Shown here piece after piece: positions 11,146 to 25,214 of a stretch of 64,000 nt of DNA (position 1 is the stretch's first letter; every line of letters begins with the position of its first letter). Source of the stretch: Macrostomum lignano. Taxonomy: Eukaryota. A model generated the notes under the pieces. That model was not told where the DNA came from. It did no database searches and saw only the letters and a list, made by a program, of their open reading frames with translations. Location of the stretch: NCBI GenBank assembly GCA_002269645.1, contig NIVC01000423.1, positions 62,001 through 126,000 of the forward strand, read 5' to 3'. The position numbers and the translations under genes were made by a program.

Positions 11146-12220
11146 ACCAGCCAGACATTTTCCAGCCAGCCAGACATTTTCCAGCCAGCCAGACATTTAT
11201 CCAGCCAGTCAGACACTTTTCCAGCCAGTCAGACACTTTTCCAGCCAGTCAGACATTTATCCAGCCAGTCAGACATTTTCCAGCCAGTCAGACATTTATC
11301 CAGCCAGTCAGACATTTATCCAGCCAGTCAGACATTTATCCAGCCAGTCAGACATTTATCCAGCCAGTCAGACATTTATCCAGCCAGTCAGACATTTTCC
11401 AGCCAGTCAGACATTTTCCAGCCATTCAGACATTTTTCCAGCCACTCAGACATTTTTCCAGCCAGTCAGACACTTTTCCAGCCAGTCAGACACTTTTCCA
11501 GCCAGTCAGACATTTTTCCAGCCAGCCAGACACTTTTCCAGCCAGTCAGACACTTTTCCAGCCAGTCAGACATTTTTCCAGCCAGTCAGAGACATTTTTC
11601 CAGCCAGTCAGACATTTATCCAGCCAGTCAGACACTTTTCCAGCCAGCCAGACATTTTTCCAGCCAGTCAGACACTTTTCCAGCCAGTCAGACATTTTTT
11701 CCAGCCAGTCAGACACTTTTCCAGCCAGTCAGACATTTTTCCAGCCAGTCAGACATTTTTCCAGCCAGTCAGACACTTTTCCAGCCAGCCAGACATTTTC
11801 CAGCCAGTCAGACACTTTTTTCAGCCAGTCAGACACTTTTCCAGCCAGCCAGACATTTTCCAGCCAGTCAGACACTTTTTTCAGCCAGTCAGACACTTTT
11901 CCAGCCAGTCAGACACTTTTTTCAGCCAGTCAGACACTTTTCCAGCCAGCCAGACATTTTTCCAGCCAGTCAGACATTTATCCAGCCAGTCAGACACTTT
12001 TCCAGCCAGCCAGACATTTTTCCAGCCAGTCAGACACTTTTCCAGCCAGTCAGACATTTTTTCCAGCCAGTCAGACACTTTTCCAGCCAGTCAGACATTT
12101 TTCCAGCCAGTCAGACATTTTTCCAGCCATTCAGACGTTTATACAGCCAGCCAGACATTTATCCAGCCAGCCAGACATTTTTCCAGCCAGTCAGACATTT
12201 TTCCAGCCATTCAGACATTT
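11146..12220. repeat. ~21-bp minisatellite (TTCCAGCCAGTCAGACACTTT)
   Basis: Direct periodicity with variable T-run. Confidence 0.95.
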
Positions 12221-14368
12221 CGGGGTTTCGCCAAGACAAATCTGTTTGGAGAGGGACTTGCCACTCCGTGCACTGGTTCTAAGGCTCCATGGCTTGGCAT
12301 AGACAAGAAATTGAGGCAGACAGCTCCAGTGTACAGTCTGTCTGACAACAACTGGTTTGGTTTTTACCGCTGAGACAGAGAGTTGCTCACCCAAAGTAAA
12401 GAGGAAAATGCTTCGCCCTAAAAAAATCGATCGGCAGGCTAGAGAAATGGGAAGAAATGACTGGGGAGGCGAGATCTGGATTATGGCTCTGATCTATCGT
12501 TAGTAAAGGCGGAACTACCACCAAAAAGTTTTACTGTTAATGATCAAAAAAATTCTATAGTTGGCAGACAGAGAGGACACCGTGCACAGGTGGTTCATTC
12601 CAGGGCAATATCGAGGGCAGGGTGGCTACAGCAAGACATAAAAAGAATGTTAAATCAGATTATTTTAAAACCAACAAATAAGGCTCCATACATTGTTATC
12701 GAGTAATCGGATTAAGTAACTATGACTTTCACTAAAGAAGTGAATGCCTCGTTATCTAGTTAGTAATTAGTTTATTCAGATGTTCAAAATTGATGAGTAA
12801 TATACCATATAGAACAAATTTCCAGTATTATTAGGCAACAAAATTAAAAAACTCTGGCATCAATTCTAGGTTCATCCAAACCATTTTGGCATAGAATATG
12901 TTGAGTTATACTTACTTTGAGGGAGGTATTTAGTAGTTTCAGTTTGAAAATATATTTAATTGAAGTTTGATTTTCTAAGCATAGAAAATGGAATTAAAAG
13001 AACAAAATTATCAACTCTGATTTCTTGCTGCTCAAAATTATTTAACTTTTCACCAATACCAATATGTTAAATTATTAAATATGACATGCTTTTAGTGTAA
13101 AAAACTTGTAAAAATAACCCATTGAAGTTGAAATATATAGTAAAAAAGTTGTATATACTATAAATAGATAGATAGATACTATAGATAGTATATATATTCA
13201 CATTTGAGCTGGAATTGAATGCTAAAAATTGGAACTGTGTTATTTTTCAAATAGATACTTTTCTGTAATGGACTTTAAAGAATCGATTAAGCAACTGATA
13301 ATGATATTAAATATTATCAAAACAAAAAATTATTATTATATGAATTTTTTCTTCAGAAAAAGCCAAAATTTCAAAATTGATAGCAAATACTATTTGATGG
13401 GAGCATTGAATCTTAGTTAAGGTTATTAAGTTTAAAAACTATAATATATAGTTTTGTATAAAATCATTGAGGACTGAAACAATTTTTGATGCATGCTTAG
13501 GCATACCCAAATGGTTAAATTTATTTCAAATAAAAAGAAAAACAACAAAAAGATGCTCTGCCAAACAAATATTTAATAAGAAAAATTTAATAATAGCTGA
13601 GATATGAACATCGTCTAAGTCATGTTTGAAATGATAACCAGTATTGACTTTCTTCATAAAATCATCTCAAAAATAAAAGGCAAATTAGTTTTATACTTTT
13701 AAATAGCAATCACAAACTGCGAGCGAAACTCACTTAGTCCACTCCCAGCTCCAGTCTTATTGGCATCGTGTTCCATAGTTCTTATTGAATTACTGCATGA
13801 AGTTTTGTAGCGGACGCCTAAAGTTTAGCTCGAAAAATTGCTTTAAAGTTTTGGTATGATTGTGTCAGTCAATCTGTCAATAAGAATAGTTATTTCTAGG
13901 AAAATGTAATATCGCAACTAATTCAAACAATAACGACTAAAAACGAGCATATCCTCACTCGATAATTAAAGCAACTAAACAACGGAATGTACCCTAGTTC
14001 AAGTGAGTAAAACTTGAATCAGGCATTGTGATTTGTTGCAAACATGCAAAAAAGTTTCTGAAGTTAATATCACATCATGAAAATCAAAGATAATTGTAAA
14101 TCGCGAAACTACCATTCCAGACGTGTATCAAATTGAAAGAACTAAATCCAAGGACAACTAGACTAGTGTTCCTAGTGGTCCTTGATTAAACCCTGAATAG
14201 AAATGCAGAAGAATTTTGGACTTTTATGACGAAGTCACAGTATACGAAGGGAACTCAAGAGTGAGTTATAAATAGGACAAAATTATTGAGAACAGAAAAT
14301 TTAAAAAAGGCCATCTATAAAACTGAGCCGCATGTATTAAAGTTTCACGTACACGAAAATTTAAACAC

Positions 14369-15058
14369 TAGGGGCTTTAGCACCAGGAGCTTTAGCACCA
14401 GGGGCGCCAGCACCAGGGGCGCCAGCACCAGGGGCGCCAGCACCAGGGGCGCCAGCACCAGGGGCGCCAGCACCAGGGGCGCCAGCACCAGGGGCGCCAG
14501 CACCAGGGGCGCCAGCACCAGGGGCGCCAGCACCAGGGGCGCCAGCACCAGGGGCGCCAGCACCAGGGGCGCCAGCACCAGGGGCGCCAGCACCAGGGGC
14601 GCCAGCACCAGGGGCGCCAGCACCAGGGGCGCCAGCACCAGGGGCGCCAGCACCAGGGGCGCCAGCACCAGGGGCGCCAGCACCAGGGGCGCCAGCACCA
14701 GGGGCGCCAGCACCAGGGGCGCCAGCACCAGGGGCGCCAGCACCAGGGGCGCCAGCACCAGGGGCGCCAGCACCAGGGGCGCCAGCACCAGGGGCGCCAG
14801 CACCAGGGGCGCCAGCACCAGGGGCGCCAGCACCAGGGGCGCCAGCACCAGGGGCGCCAGCACCAGGGGCGCCAGCACCAGGGGCGCCAGCACCAGGGGC
14901 GCCAGCACCAGGGGCGCCAGCACCAGGGGCGCCAGCACCAGGGGCGCCAGCACCAGGGGCGCCAGCACCAGGGGCGCCAGCACCAGGGGCGCCAGCACCA
15001 GGGGCGCCAGCACCAGGGGCGCCAGCAGCACCAGGGGCGCCAGCACCAGGGTCGCCAA
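14369..15058. repeat. Near-perfect 15-bp minisatellite (GGGGCGCCAGCACCA), ~44 copies
   Basis: Direct periodicity, degenerate units at both ends. Confidence 0.97.
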
Positions 15059-16072
15059 CTCTACTGATTTGAGATTCAACTCCGATCTATAACCACTCAA
15101 TACAAGTGTACACTACTTATATAGATACAGAAGAATTTTTAATTAAAATCTCTGCCAGCATAGCTGATTCCATTGAGAATTATGTGCTCGTGATGCCCTC
15201 GATCGTACTTGTTAAGCTGTATCGCGGATTTTATCATAATTTCCAAATAACCGAGAACCTCACTTAATTTTTATTTTCTAACCAGTCACACATGTTAATT
15301 TATCCATAAAAGTATCCATCTTGCAACAGAATAAGAAGTCTTCTGCATGTATATTTCATTAAAGTTTGCAACTAGATCTAGAGTTTGCATTAGGAATTCC
15401 AAGTGCATATAACTTCCGTCATCTACACGCCCGCCCCGAGTCTAACAACTCAAAAACTATTGCTGAGTCCTGAGACTCATGTAGCTATTTTGAGTATTGC
15501 TAGAATTTTAGCAATTTCCAAAATTCCATAATGGGGTGCCGGTAGGTTGCAGGCTGGCTAAATAACTGAGCTTGTACACATTTTGCTAGTACGCTCGCAG
15601 ATATCTCTCTGATACACAAACTGCTACTTGTCTTACCTATTATACACTTCTCTGCACGATATTCTCTTCCTCTGCAACTCTTACCGCGTGTTTCAGACCG
15701 CAAATAAGGCATTTTCTTTCCATTTTTCTTTCTTTTTCATTCTGCTGTAGTGTCTCTGTGCGAAGCGCTCCACCCCTCGACCTCACTCTGCACTCATTTT
15801 TCGGGCCGCAGATCTTAATAAATTCTAGTCTGACTCGACTCGGACTGCAAACTCCAACAACCCCTTCTCCAACCCTCTCTGGAAAACGCAGTTTTGGAGC
15901 TGGGGGTTGACTGATCTGCACGAGTTGGCTTGACACGCAGTGATCGCAGCAGCAGCAGCAGCAGCAGCAGCAAATATTAGTCTAAGGAAACATAAGTAAA
16001 ACTCATTGGCTTAAATATTTCCTGTTGCGCGTTACGACACTTGAATTGGGATTCAAATCGGTTCAAGCAAAA

Positions 16073-18978
16073 ATGCTGTTGAATCACGGACTGCTTTTGC
16101 TTCTTCTAATAGGCAGCGCAGTGCAGTCGTTGGCCGGCAGTAAGGTCAAGAAGAACTTTTGCGACGGAGAAGAGTTTCGCTCCATCTTGGAGGGCATCCA
16201 GCTGCCGTCCTGTCTAGCGGCTAACAAAGAAGATGCCAGCAAGCCGGCAAGAAACTGTTCCATCATCCAGCATTTTGCGCGTCGGGCGCAGGAGCAGGAC
16301 CAATCGCTGGACACCTTCATGAGCCGCGTCACCGTATTGATCTTTGCTCATAGCGAGTTCATGGAAGAACTGACTGTGCCAAACAATCCAGCCCTTGAGA
16401 TTGCCAGCGAAATGGAGCGCCACAACTCGTACATTGGCGTTACAAAGTGCCTGAAATCGGCCAATTCAGCGTGTCAACGACTGCGCATTGCCTGCACAGG
16501 TGGATACGTTAGCAAATTCGTATTCCTAATCAGCGGCCACTGTTCGCAGAATTTCGGCTGCTCGCTGATTGAAAACAAAGAGAAAGAGCGTCCTACCACT
16601 CTGCTCAACATGCTTCAGTACGTTCATTTCCGAATGGTCGAACGGCAGGCCTACATTGCTAAAGAGCTGGGCGAGCTGCGACTGACTACTTCCACTGGTA
16701 CCGAGTATCTCATCCAGTCGGAGCTGGATGATTCCAATGGCAAGCAGTTGACTTCTGGTGCAGCTCTACCTGTAGCCGTGTTCTCTGCTGGCCCGGTAAT
16801 AAACCTGGCTTATTACCAACAGTTGGCTTGGTTCCTGGAGGCGGCATTAACCCTGAAATCGAGCTTCGCTTTCCACATCATAGCCACTCCTTTGAGCTAC
16901 ATCGAAAAGGAGGCTGATCGACCTCTGTACCGATGGAAGATTCGAGAGCATGAAAGCTTTCTAGCGTTGTACACGAGACAAATCTGCTCGTCAGATGCCA
17001 AGTGGGTTTTCAGTTGTAAACCATTAATGAAGATCGCTAACGAGATGCTCGTTCCTGAGCAATATTCTGCATTCTTGCTGCACGGAGTGTTGGCCGCCCA
17101 TTCATTGCCAGGCACTTCGTATCCGACGTACAAGTCTACTGCAGTTAGTGAGCTCAGCGACTTTGTTCACAGTACAGCTTCATACGTTTTGGCTGTCATG
17201 CCAGTAGACGAACTTCTCACAGATCCGATGATCAGCCTGGAGATGATGGACTCGTTGACGTCATATCTGGGCTCGTCCTTCAGCATAACTTACTATCCTG
17301 TTGTTCTCAACAAGGCCACGGCTCTGCAGATTCTGAAGGACGTTGACACTGGCTTAAACTTGCAGGAGGTATTCGAGCGACCCTGCTACTTCATGCGATT
17401 TCCCAATGGGGCGTTTGCTGTGCTCAAAAATGACGAACCGATCGCAACTTTGGACTCAACTGTGCGCCATATAGCTCAGGAGGGCAGCTACCAGATCATT
17501 ATCCAGTCATCTCGAGAAGTCTTTAATACCGACGTGGCTGAGCTGCCTGAAAAGTTGATTAAAAGCGGCCACATCTCCGGCGAAATGGCCCGAGCGGACG
17601 AAGACACAAAAGATTTAGTAGACGAGATTCGAGTCAGCAATCAAACAGATGCCTTCGTTGAGCAGCTGAAATTCAGGGATATTTACAATGTCTCGGGCGT
17701 TTTAGTCGTTGAATCTGACGATAAGTTAATGAGCAATTTTTTCGAATTAGCCGGTAAAGACAAGCCGTGGATGGTTTTGTTCACCGTGTCCTGGAGCCCG
17801 CTGTGCAAGGCTGCCCGATCTATCTGGGCCTCCGTTGGCGACTGCGCCAGACGACTGGGCTTCCCGGATGTTCAACTAGTCAAGATCGACTGCTTTGAGG
17901 GCAACGAAATCTGCCAGAAGCTGGGCGTCCTTTCCTATCCACGATTGCCATGTTCAGCAGGGGCATCCAGCTGAACACCTACTCGGGCCCGATTGTCTCT
18001 GATGATCTGTGCTTGTACACGAAGCTCGCCTTCGAGCCGCCTGTCGTTCCAACCAGCTCCGAGCAGGAGACGCAGCAGGTTTTGAAACAGATAATCTCCC
18101 TAAAACCGCGCGCATTCGTGTATCGAGGCGCCGAATTGCCTACCAAATTGGCAGTCTTCGCCAAGTCCAATCGATTCCGTGAAGTCTTTGTTCACGAGAA
18201 GAACAACAAAGACAAAGGTACGTTGACCGCCGTCCACCGAGACGCCAAGCCAAGCGTGAGTCCGTACAGCGGCTCCCTGGACGATGCTACAGAGCTGGCC
18301 AACTATGTTGAGAACAATCACCTGGACTCCGTGTTCCCCTGCACCTGGGTGTACCTGCCATCGGCGCTAAAACGCAACCGTCCGTTAGCGATTCTGTTCC
18401 ACGTTGACAACCAGAACGAAAGCGCCGACATGCTGGAGCACCTCCGAGCCAAGTTCACCGGTCGAGCCACCGTCTGCCACATGAACCTGCGCCACTTTAG
18501 CCATCTGAACGATCTGGTGCACCAGCTCTCGGGTCTGAATCTGCCAGCTTTGGTTGCTTTGACAAGGCCTGCGGGCTCCAGCAATAGGCTCATCCACAGA
18601 CTGCCGCTGGGCAAAATGGCTCGCTCTGAGCTGTCACAGCGCGCGGCCGACTGGCTGGAGAAGGCGGTTAACAACCAGCTGACCGATGGGAAGTCGGTGG
18701 AGCCTCGGCAACCCTGGCAGCCGGCCACGCAGGTGTTCAACTTTGTCGACCAGGTGTACCACGGCAAGACCTATTCAGCAAACAGGGAGCGCAGGCCGCA
18801 CAGCAGTCGCGCCTTCACGGCTGACACGGAATCGCGGGCTACTGACGACGTTCGCGATGCCGAAGACGACGAGGCCGCCCCCGCCGCTGAAGCGGTTGAT
18901 CCGGCGGCCAGGATGTCCATGAGTGCTGAGCAGGCATTCGCTCCGTCCGGGGCGCACTCGGCCAGGGAAGAGCTCTGA
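16073..18978 (+). CDS. ER-luminal thioredoxin-fold (PDI family, TXNDC16-like) protein, intronless, ~968 aa, one -1 frameshift at ~17947
   Basis: Signal peptide MLLNHGLLLLLLIGSAVQSLA; Trx-like domain VLFTVSWSPLC...VKIDCFEGNEICQKLGVLSYPRL continuing into MFSRGIQLNTYSG in the next ORF; C-terminal REEL ER-retrieval signal; TXNDC16 assignment is from remembered similarity only. Confidence 0.75.
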
Positions 18979-19154
18979 GCGAACTGTTGTGGGTTGAGCC
19001 TTCGAGGTGACAGACACTGAAATGCGACTCATTTTGCTTTGCAGTGCTGATGCACGGGGATCACTGGGAATAAGAGTGCATATCAAGGATTACTTGAAGT
19101 GGAACGATAGAACACTGCGTTTCTACGATGGAACTGTTCAATCTCATATAGATT

Positions 19155-19770
19155 TCTAATTTGTATCTCTAACAGTTTTTTCTAATATATTTCTAATCGA
19201 TTCTAATAAATTTCTAATGGGTTTTCTAATGGATGTCTAATTGGGTTTCTAATTGGTCTCTAATGAGTTTCTAATGAGTTTCTAATTGGTTTCTAATGAG
19301 TTTCTAATGAGTTTCTAATTGGTTTCTAATGATTTTTTAATTTGTTTTCTAATTAAGTTTCTAGTGGGTTTTTAATTGGTTTCTAATGAATTCCTAATGG
19401 GTTTTTCTAATGAGTTTCTAATAGGGTTTCAAATTCCGTTTTTAATGGCTTTTTTAATGGGTTTCTAATTGGGGTTCTAATGGGTTTCTAATGGGTTCCT
19501 ATTGGGTTGCTAATGGGTTGCTAATGGGTTTCTAATGTTTTCTTAATGGGTTTCTAATCGGGTTTAGAGGGTTTATGGGGTTTAGTTTTTAATCGGCTTT
19601 CTAATGGGTTGCTAATGGGTCTTTAACCGTTTACTAATGGTTTGCTAATGGGTTTTTCATGATTTTCTAATATGTTTTAATGGGTTTCTAACGGGTTTCT
19701 AATTGGTTTCTATCGTGTTGCTAATCCACTTCTAATTCATTTCTAATCCGTTTCTAATGGATCTCTAATA
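19155..19770. repeat. Degenerate ~13-bp repeat (TTTCTAATGGGTT)
   Basis: Recurring motif. Confidence 0.85.
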
Positions 19771-20469
19771 GATATCTAGCCCCAATTTCATACTGTAACA
19801 ATATTCTAGTCTAGGCAAAGTTTTCAGCTACAGTTAGTTTTAATTTGCAAACTTAGTTGAACTTTTAACTTATCGTATCAAAGAGTTGCTTAGCTTTTGA
19901 CAGAAACCCTCTTTTATTGAAATCAGCTTTGAATTAACTGAAATCTCGCTTCAAAATGCCACAAAACAATCTCTTATCTCAATAATAACACAATATAAAT
20001 TTTGCGTTCCATAACCCCTAATGCTACTCATTTAAGTAGCCAATCTGTAGTTTATTCAAAATATATTTGCCGTGTAATAAAACGGATTTCCTCAATAATC
20101 TAGTATTTGATAATTTTTTGTAATTTCTATTATATCCACTCACTTGGTTGTGGTTTGACCTCTTACCTGATGAAGCTAATATAATTCTATGCTATATATT
20201 ATCTTGAATTAATATAACATTATTCGCCTTAAGCTCCTGATTAATTAAACCACTTGACCCTTTAGACAGAAGCGCCGTCTAGTTCTGTGTTTTTCTACCT
20301 TATTTCGAAATTGGCAACAAGTTCAGTATGCAGTTTGTAAACTGAATCGATCGCTTGTTGGACTGTAGGCTGACAAAGATGCCAAATTTAGCTCATTATG
20401 GCTTAATTGCAGTTTGGTAGCTGGTGCGATTCTCACCGTTCACTCCGCACCCTATCAACATTCAGTATG

Positions 20470-20470
20470 A

Positions 20471-20568
<98 letters not shown>

Positions 20569-20607
20569 GGATAGATAGATAGATAGATAGATGGATAGAT
20601 AGATAGA
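20470..20607. repeat. (GATA)n microsatellite
   Basis: Direct. Confidence 0.97.
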
Positions 20608-21130
20608 CAAAAGTTTAATTAGAATCGCACCGCTGATCATGCTGGCCTCAGAAATTGATTATTATATTCTAAGAATTGCCCACCAGGCCAATTGCAATGC
20701 GGATCTGCTATGAACATAATATAGAATTTGAGCTTTAATCTTGTTTGATAGCAGAGAGCGCTAAAAACAAGTCTTGAATCTGTTAATATCAGCTTTCGCC
20801 TCCGCCCACGCAATCGCAGTGGCCGCACTGCAGAATGTTCAAAGCTCGGTTTAAACATTCGCCAGTTTAAATTTGTTAGAATAGTAACTTCTGGGAAGTT
20901 CCCTCGACTAAATTTTACTGACTAGCCTTAGAAAAGTTTCAAGATTTCAAAGTTCGTTTAGGTTTTTACGTATTTCGGTTTAAAATTGCAGAAAATATTT
21001 TGAATAGTTTTACAAAAAATAAACTAACATATTGCAGTATTTTGTGCAAATTTATTGATTTCAAGTTGCTTGCGAGTTGAGACATATATGACAGTGAGAC
21101 CCAAACATTGTGGGTGCCTGATGACTGACA

Positions 21131-22607
21131 AAGTAGCAGCCAGTATCTAACACAGTAGCAGCCAGTATCTAACACAGTAGCAGCCAGTATCTAAAACAGT
21201 AGCAGCCAGTATCTAACACAGTAGCAGCCAGTATCTAACACAGTAGCAGCCAGTATCTAACACAGTAGCAGCCAGTATCTAAAACAGTAGCAATCAGTAT
21301 CTAACACAGTAGCAGCCAGTATCTAACACAGTAGCAGCCAGTATCTAACACAGTAGCAGCCAGTATCTAACACAGTAGCAGCCAGTATCTAACACAGTAG
21401 CAGCCAGTATCTAACACAGTAGCAGCCAGAATCTAACACAGTAGCAGCCAGTATCTAACACAGTAGCAGCCAGTATCTAACACAGTAGCAACCAGTATCT
21501 AACACAGTAGCAGCCAGTATCTAACACAGTAGCAGCCAGTATCTAACACAGTAGCAGCCAGTATCTAACACAGTAGCAACCAGTATCTAACACAGTAGCA
21601 GCCAGTATCTAACACAGTAGCAGCCAGTATCTAACACAGTAGCAACCAGTATCTAACACAGTAGCAGCCAGTATCTGACACAGTAGCAGCCAGTATCTAA
21701 CACAGTAGCAACCAGTATCTAACACAGTAGCAGCCAGTATCTAACACAGTAGCAGCCAGTATCTAACACAGTAGCAGCCAGTATCTAACACAGTAGCAAC
21801 CAGTATCTAACACAGTAGCAGCCAGTATCTAACACAGTAGCAGCCAGTATCTAACACAGTAGCAGCCAGTATCTAACACAGTAGCAACCAGTATCTAACA
21901 CAGTAGCAGCCAGTATCTAACACAGTAGCAGCCAGTATCTAACACAGTAGCAGCCAGTATCTAACACAGTAGCAACCAGTATCTAACACAGTAGCAATCA
22001 GTATCTAACACAGTAGCAGCCAGTATCTGACACAGTAGCAGCCAGTATCTAACACAGTAGCAGCCAGTATCTAACACAGTAGCAGCCAGTATCTGACACA
22101 GTAGCAGCCAGTATCTAACACAGTAGCAGCCAGTATCTAACACAGTAGCAGCCAGTATCTAACACAGTAGCAACCAGTATCTAACACAGTAGCAACCAGT
22201 ATCTAACACAGTAGCAGCCAGTATCTAACACAGTAGCAGCCAGTATCTAACACAGTAGCAACCAGTATCTAACACAGTAGCAGCCAGTATCTAACACAGT
22301 AGCAGCCAGTATCTAACACAGTAGCAGCCAGAATCTAACACAGTAGCAGCCAGTATCTAACACAGTAGCAGCCAGTATCTAACACAGTAGCAGCCAGTAT
22401 CTAACACAGTAGCAGCCAGTATCTAACACAGTAGCAGCCAGTATCTAACACAGTAGCAGCCAGTATCTAACACAGTAGCAGCCAGTATCTAACACAGTAG
22501 CAGCCAGTATCTAACACAGTAGCAGCCAGTATCTAACACAATAGTAGCCAGTATCTAACACAGTAGCAGCCAGTATTTAACACAATAGTAGCCAGTATCT
22601 AACACAT
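21131..22607. repeat. 22-bp minisatellite (CAGTAGCAGCCAGTATCTAACA), ~67 copies
   Basis: Direct periodicity. Confidence 0.97.
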
Positions 22608-23394
22608 TGAGCCCACTGATTAGATTTTGCTTGAGTAGAACACATTTTGCAGAAGCAGACACTCGAGCACACGCTCAAGCAACAGTGAAAGCAGATACCC
22701 CGCCCCAGCCAAGAAGCCGGACACAAAGGCTCTCCAATCCTCAGTAAAAATTGCATTCAAAAATTTTGAGCACATGATTCCAACTCAGGAAAGTTTGCGC
22801 GAGCGGCATAAGGGAGGCGCTATCTAGTAGGGAATTATTTGAAAGGCGACTTACACAAACAGACAAACACGAGCTCAAGGTGCTAGGCGGAGACAAACGC
22901 CCAGACGGGTTTGAGAAATTGGAGACTCTGCAAACTAAATAGACAAAGCTAGCATATATATATATAATGCTGAGTCTTTCAACACGAACCGTATATAAGG
23001 TTGGATGTTCAACACGCAGTCACGCACAAAAAAACGGTGACTTTAACTGCTCAATTCCTGACGAATGTGTAATGTTTGTGTCTGTATGCTATCTCTCTCT
23101 GCATAAACTGTTTGCCCAACTCTACCCCCAATGACATCAGAGCAACCTTCTGTTTGTAGGCTGTGGGAGGCGCCTGTGTGAACTTGGCCACTCGCAGGTG
23201 TGACGCCAAGGCATTTAGACAAATAGACTCAACTCTCGCTTCGCATTAGCACTGCGCCTTCTGTTCCAGCTTAGCTACGGCTCCGGTTATGGAATTTCAA
23301 CTTTCATTCAGAGCCTGCCCACTCTTTGTTCAACATTATTCGGTCTATTTTTATATATTGCCTATTAGGGAAACGTGAAATGCTTCTCTTCCTC

Positions 23395-24545
23395 ACCACT
23401 CTCCCTCATCTCTCTCCCTCATCTCTCTCCCTTGTCTCTCTCCCTTGTCTCTCTCCCTTGTCTCTCTCCCTCATCTCTCTCCCTCATCTCTCTCCCTTGT
23501 CTCTCTCCCTTGTCTCTCTCCCTTGTCTCTCTCCCTCATCTCTCTCCCTTGTCTCTCTCCCTTGTCTCTCTCCCTTGTCTCTCTCCCTTGTCTCTCTCCC
23601 TTGTCTCTCTCCCTCATCTCTCTCTCCCTTATCTCTCTCCCTCACCTCTCTCCCTTGTCTCTCTCCCTTATCTCTCTCCCTCACCTCTCTCCCTTGTCTC
23701 TCTCCCTTGTCTCTCTCCCTCATCTCTCTCTCCCTTATCTCTCTCCCTCACCTCTCTCCCTTGTCTCTCTCCCTTATCTCTCTCCCTCACCTCTCTCCCT
23801 TGTCTCTCTCCCTTGTCTCTCTCCCTTGTCTCTCTCCCTTGTCTCTCTCCCTCATCTCTCTCTCTCATCTCTCTCCCTTGTCTCTCTCCCTTGTCTCTCT
23901 CCCTTATCTCTCTCCCTCACCTCTCTCCCTTGTCTCTCTCCCTTGTCTCTCTCCCTTGTCTCTCTCCCTTGTCTCTCTCCCTCATCTCTCTCTCCCTTAT
24001 CTCTCTCCCTCACCTCTCTCCCTTGTCTCTCTCCCTTATCTCTCTCCCTCACCTCTCTCCCTTGTCTCTCTCCCTTGTCTCTCTCCCTCATCTCTCTCCC
24101 TCACCTCTCTCCCTCATCTCTCTCCCTCATCTCTCTCCCTCACCTCTCTCCCTCACCTCTCTCCCTCATCTCTCTCCTCATCTCTCTCCCTCATCTCTCT
24201 CCCTCATCTCTCTCCCTTGTCTCTCTCCCTTGTCTCTCTCCCTCACCTCTCTCCCTTGTCTCTCTCCCTTGTCTCTCTCCCTTGTCTCTCTCCCTTGTCT
24301 CTCTCCCTCATCTCTCTCTCCCTTATCTCTCTCCCTCACCTCTCTCCCTTGTCTCTCTCCCTTATCTCTCTCCCTCACCTCTCTCCCTTGTCTCTCTCCC
24401 TTGTCTCTCTCCCTCATCTCTCTCCCTCACCTCTCTCCCTCATCTCTCTCCCTCATCTCTCTCCCTCACCTCTCTCCCTCACCTCTCTCCCTCATCTCTC
24501 TCCTCATCTCTCTCCCTCATCTCTCTCCCTCATCTCTCTCACCTT
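23395..24545. repeat. 13-bp polypyrimidine minisatellite (TCTCTCTCCCTTG/TCTCTCTCCCTCA)
   Basis: Direct periodicity. Confidence 0.95.
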
Positions 24546-25214
24546 TCTTCCTCTAGCTCAAATTGACTAAATTATCCTTTTAATACCAAATGAACTATCT
24601 AAGTAAAACAATTTTTTCTTAGAGATTACAACATATAATTTTGTTTAATGTTAATATATAAATTCGACCAGCCTATACGCAACTAAAAAGGGGCCACACA
24701 CTGGAATGCAGCTTCCACTGCACAACATAACAGTGTTTGTTTAAATATAGTTTTCACAAGCAGATAAACTTATATGGAAATTGAATTAGCCCGCCCAAAC
24801 AGAGAAAACATTTAATAAGGTGCGAAAGACAGCCGTGCGACTGCTAAAAGGTGTTGGCCTCGCTATGAATTGGGGCATCTGTGTAAACTCTGTGTAAACA
24901 TCTGTGTAAACACCCTCGGTGTGTGTGTGTCTTTGGGAACAGCGTGAAATGTCTTCTTTTTAATCATCATTATGCCCAAATAATACAAGAATGGTCTCGT
25001 CGTGACTTCTTCTTTTTTATTAGCGATAATCAATGGCAAGGTGTGAAAGTTTTAGTTTAATTATTCATCAAAACCTTATCTGGAACTTCTTTTAGTGCCT
25101 GGTAAACTTATAGAGTTTGTGTTTGGAATTTGCGAAATTCAGCTTGTCAATCTATTTTTAGAAAGATAACTATTTTTAAAACTGTGAATAATAGTGAAAA
25201 GTGAAAGGAGGGTG

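Noticed and set aside
12780-13700. Second CpG-poor stretch
   Set aside because: Very AT-rich, short, still contains scattered CpGs, and no decayed coding sequence is evident
14286-15100. STRGA / LAPLV repeat proteins
   Set aside because: Stop-free translation of a 15-bp satellite on both strands; no splice or domain context
16025-16072. TTG starts for the TXNDC-like gene (and GTG start 42514 for MYLIP)
   Set aside because: Eukaryotic genes; the downstream ATGs (16073, 42616) give a clean signal peptide and FERM start
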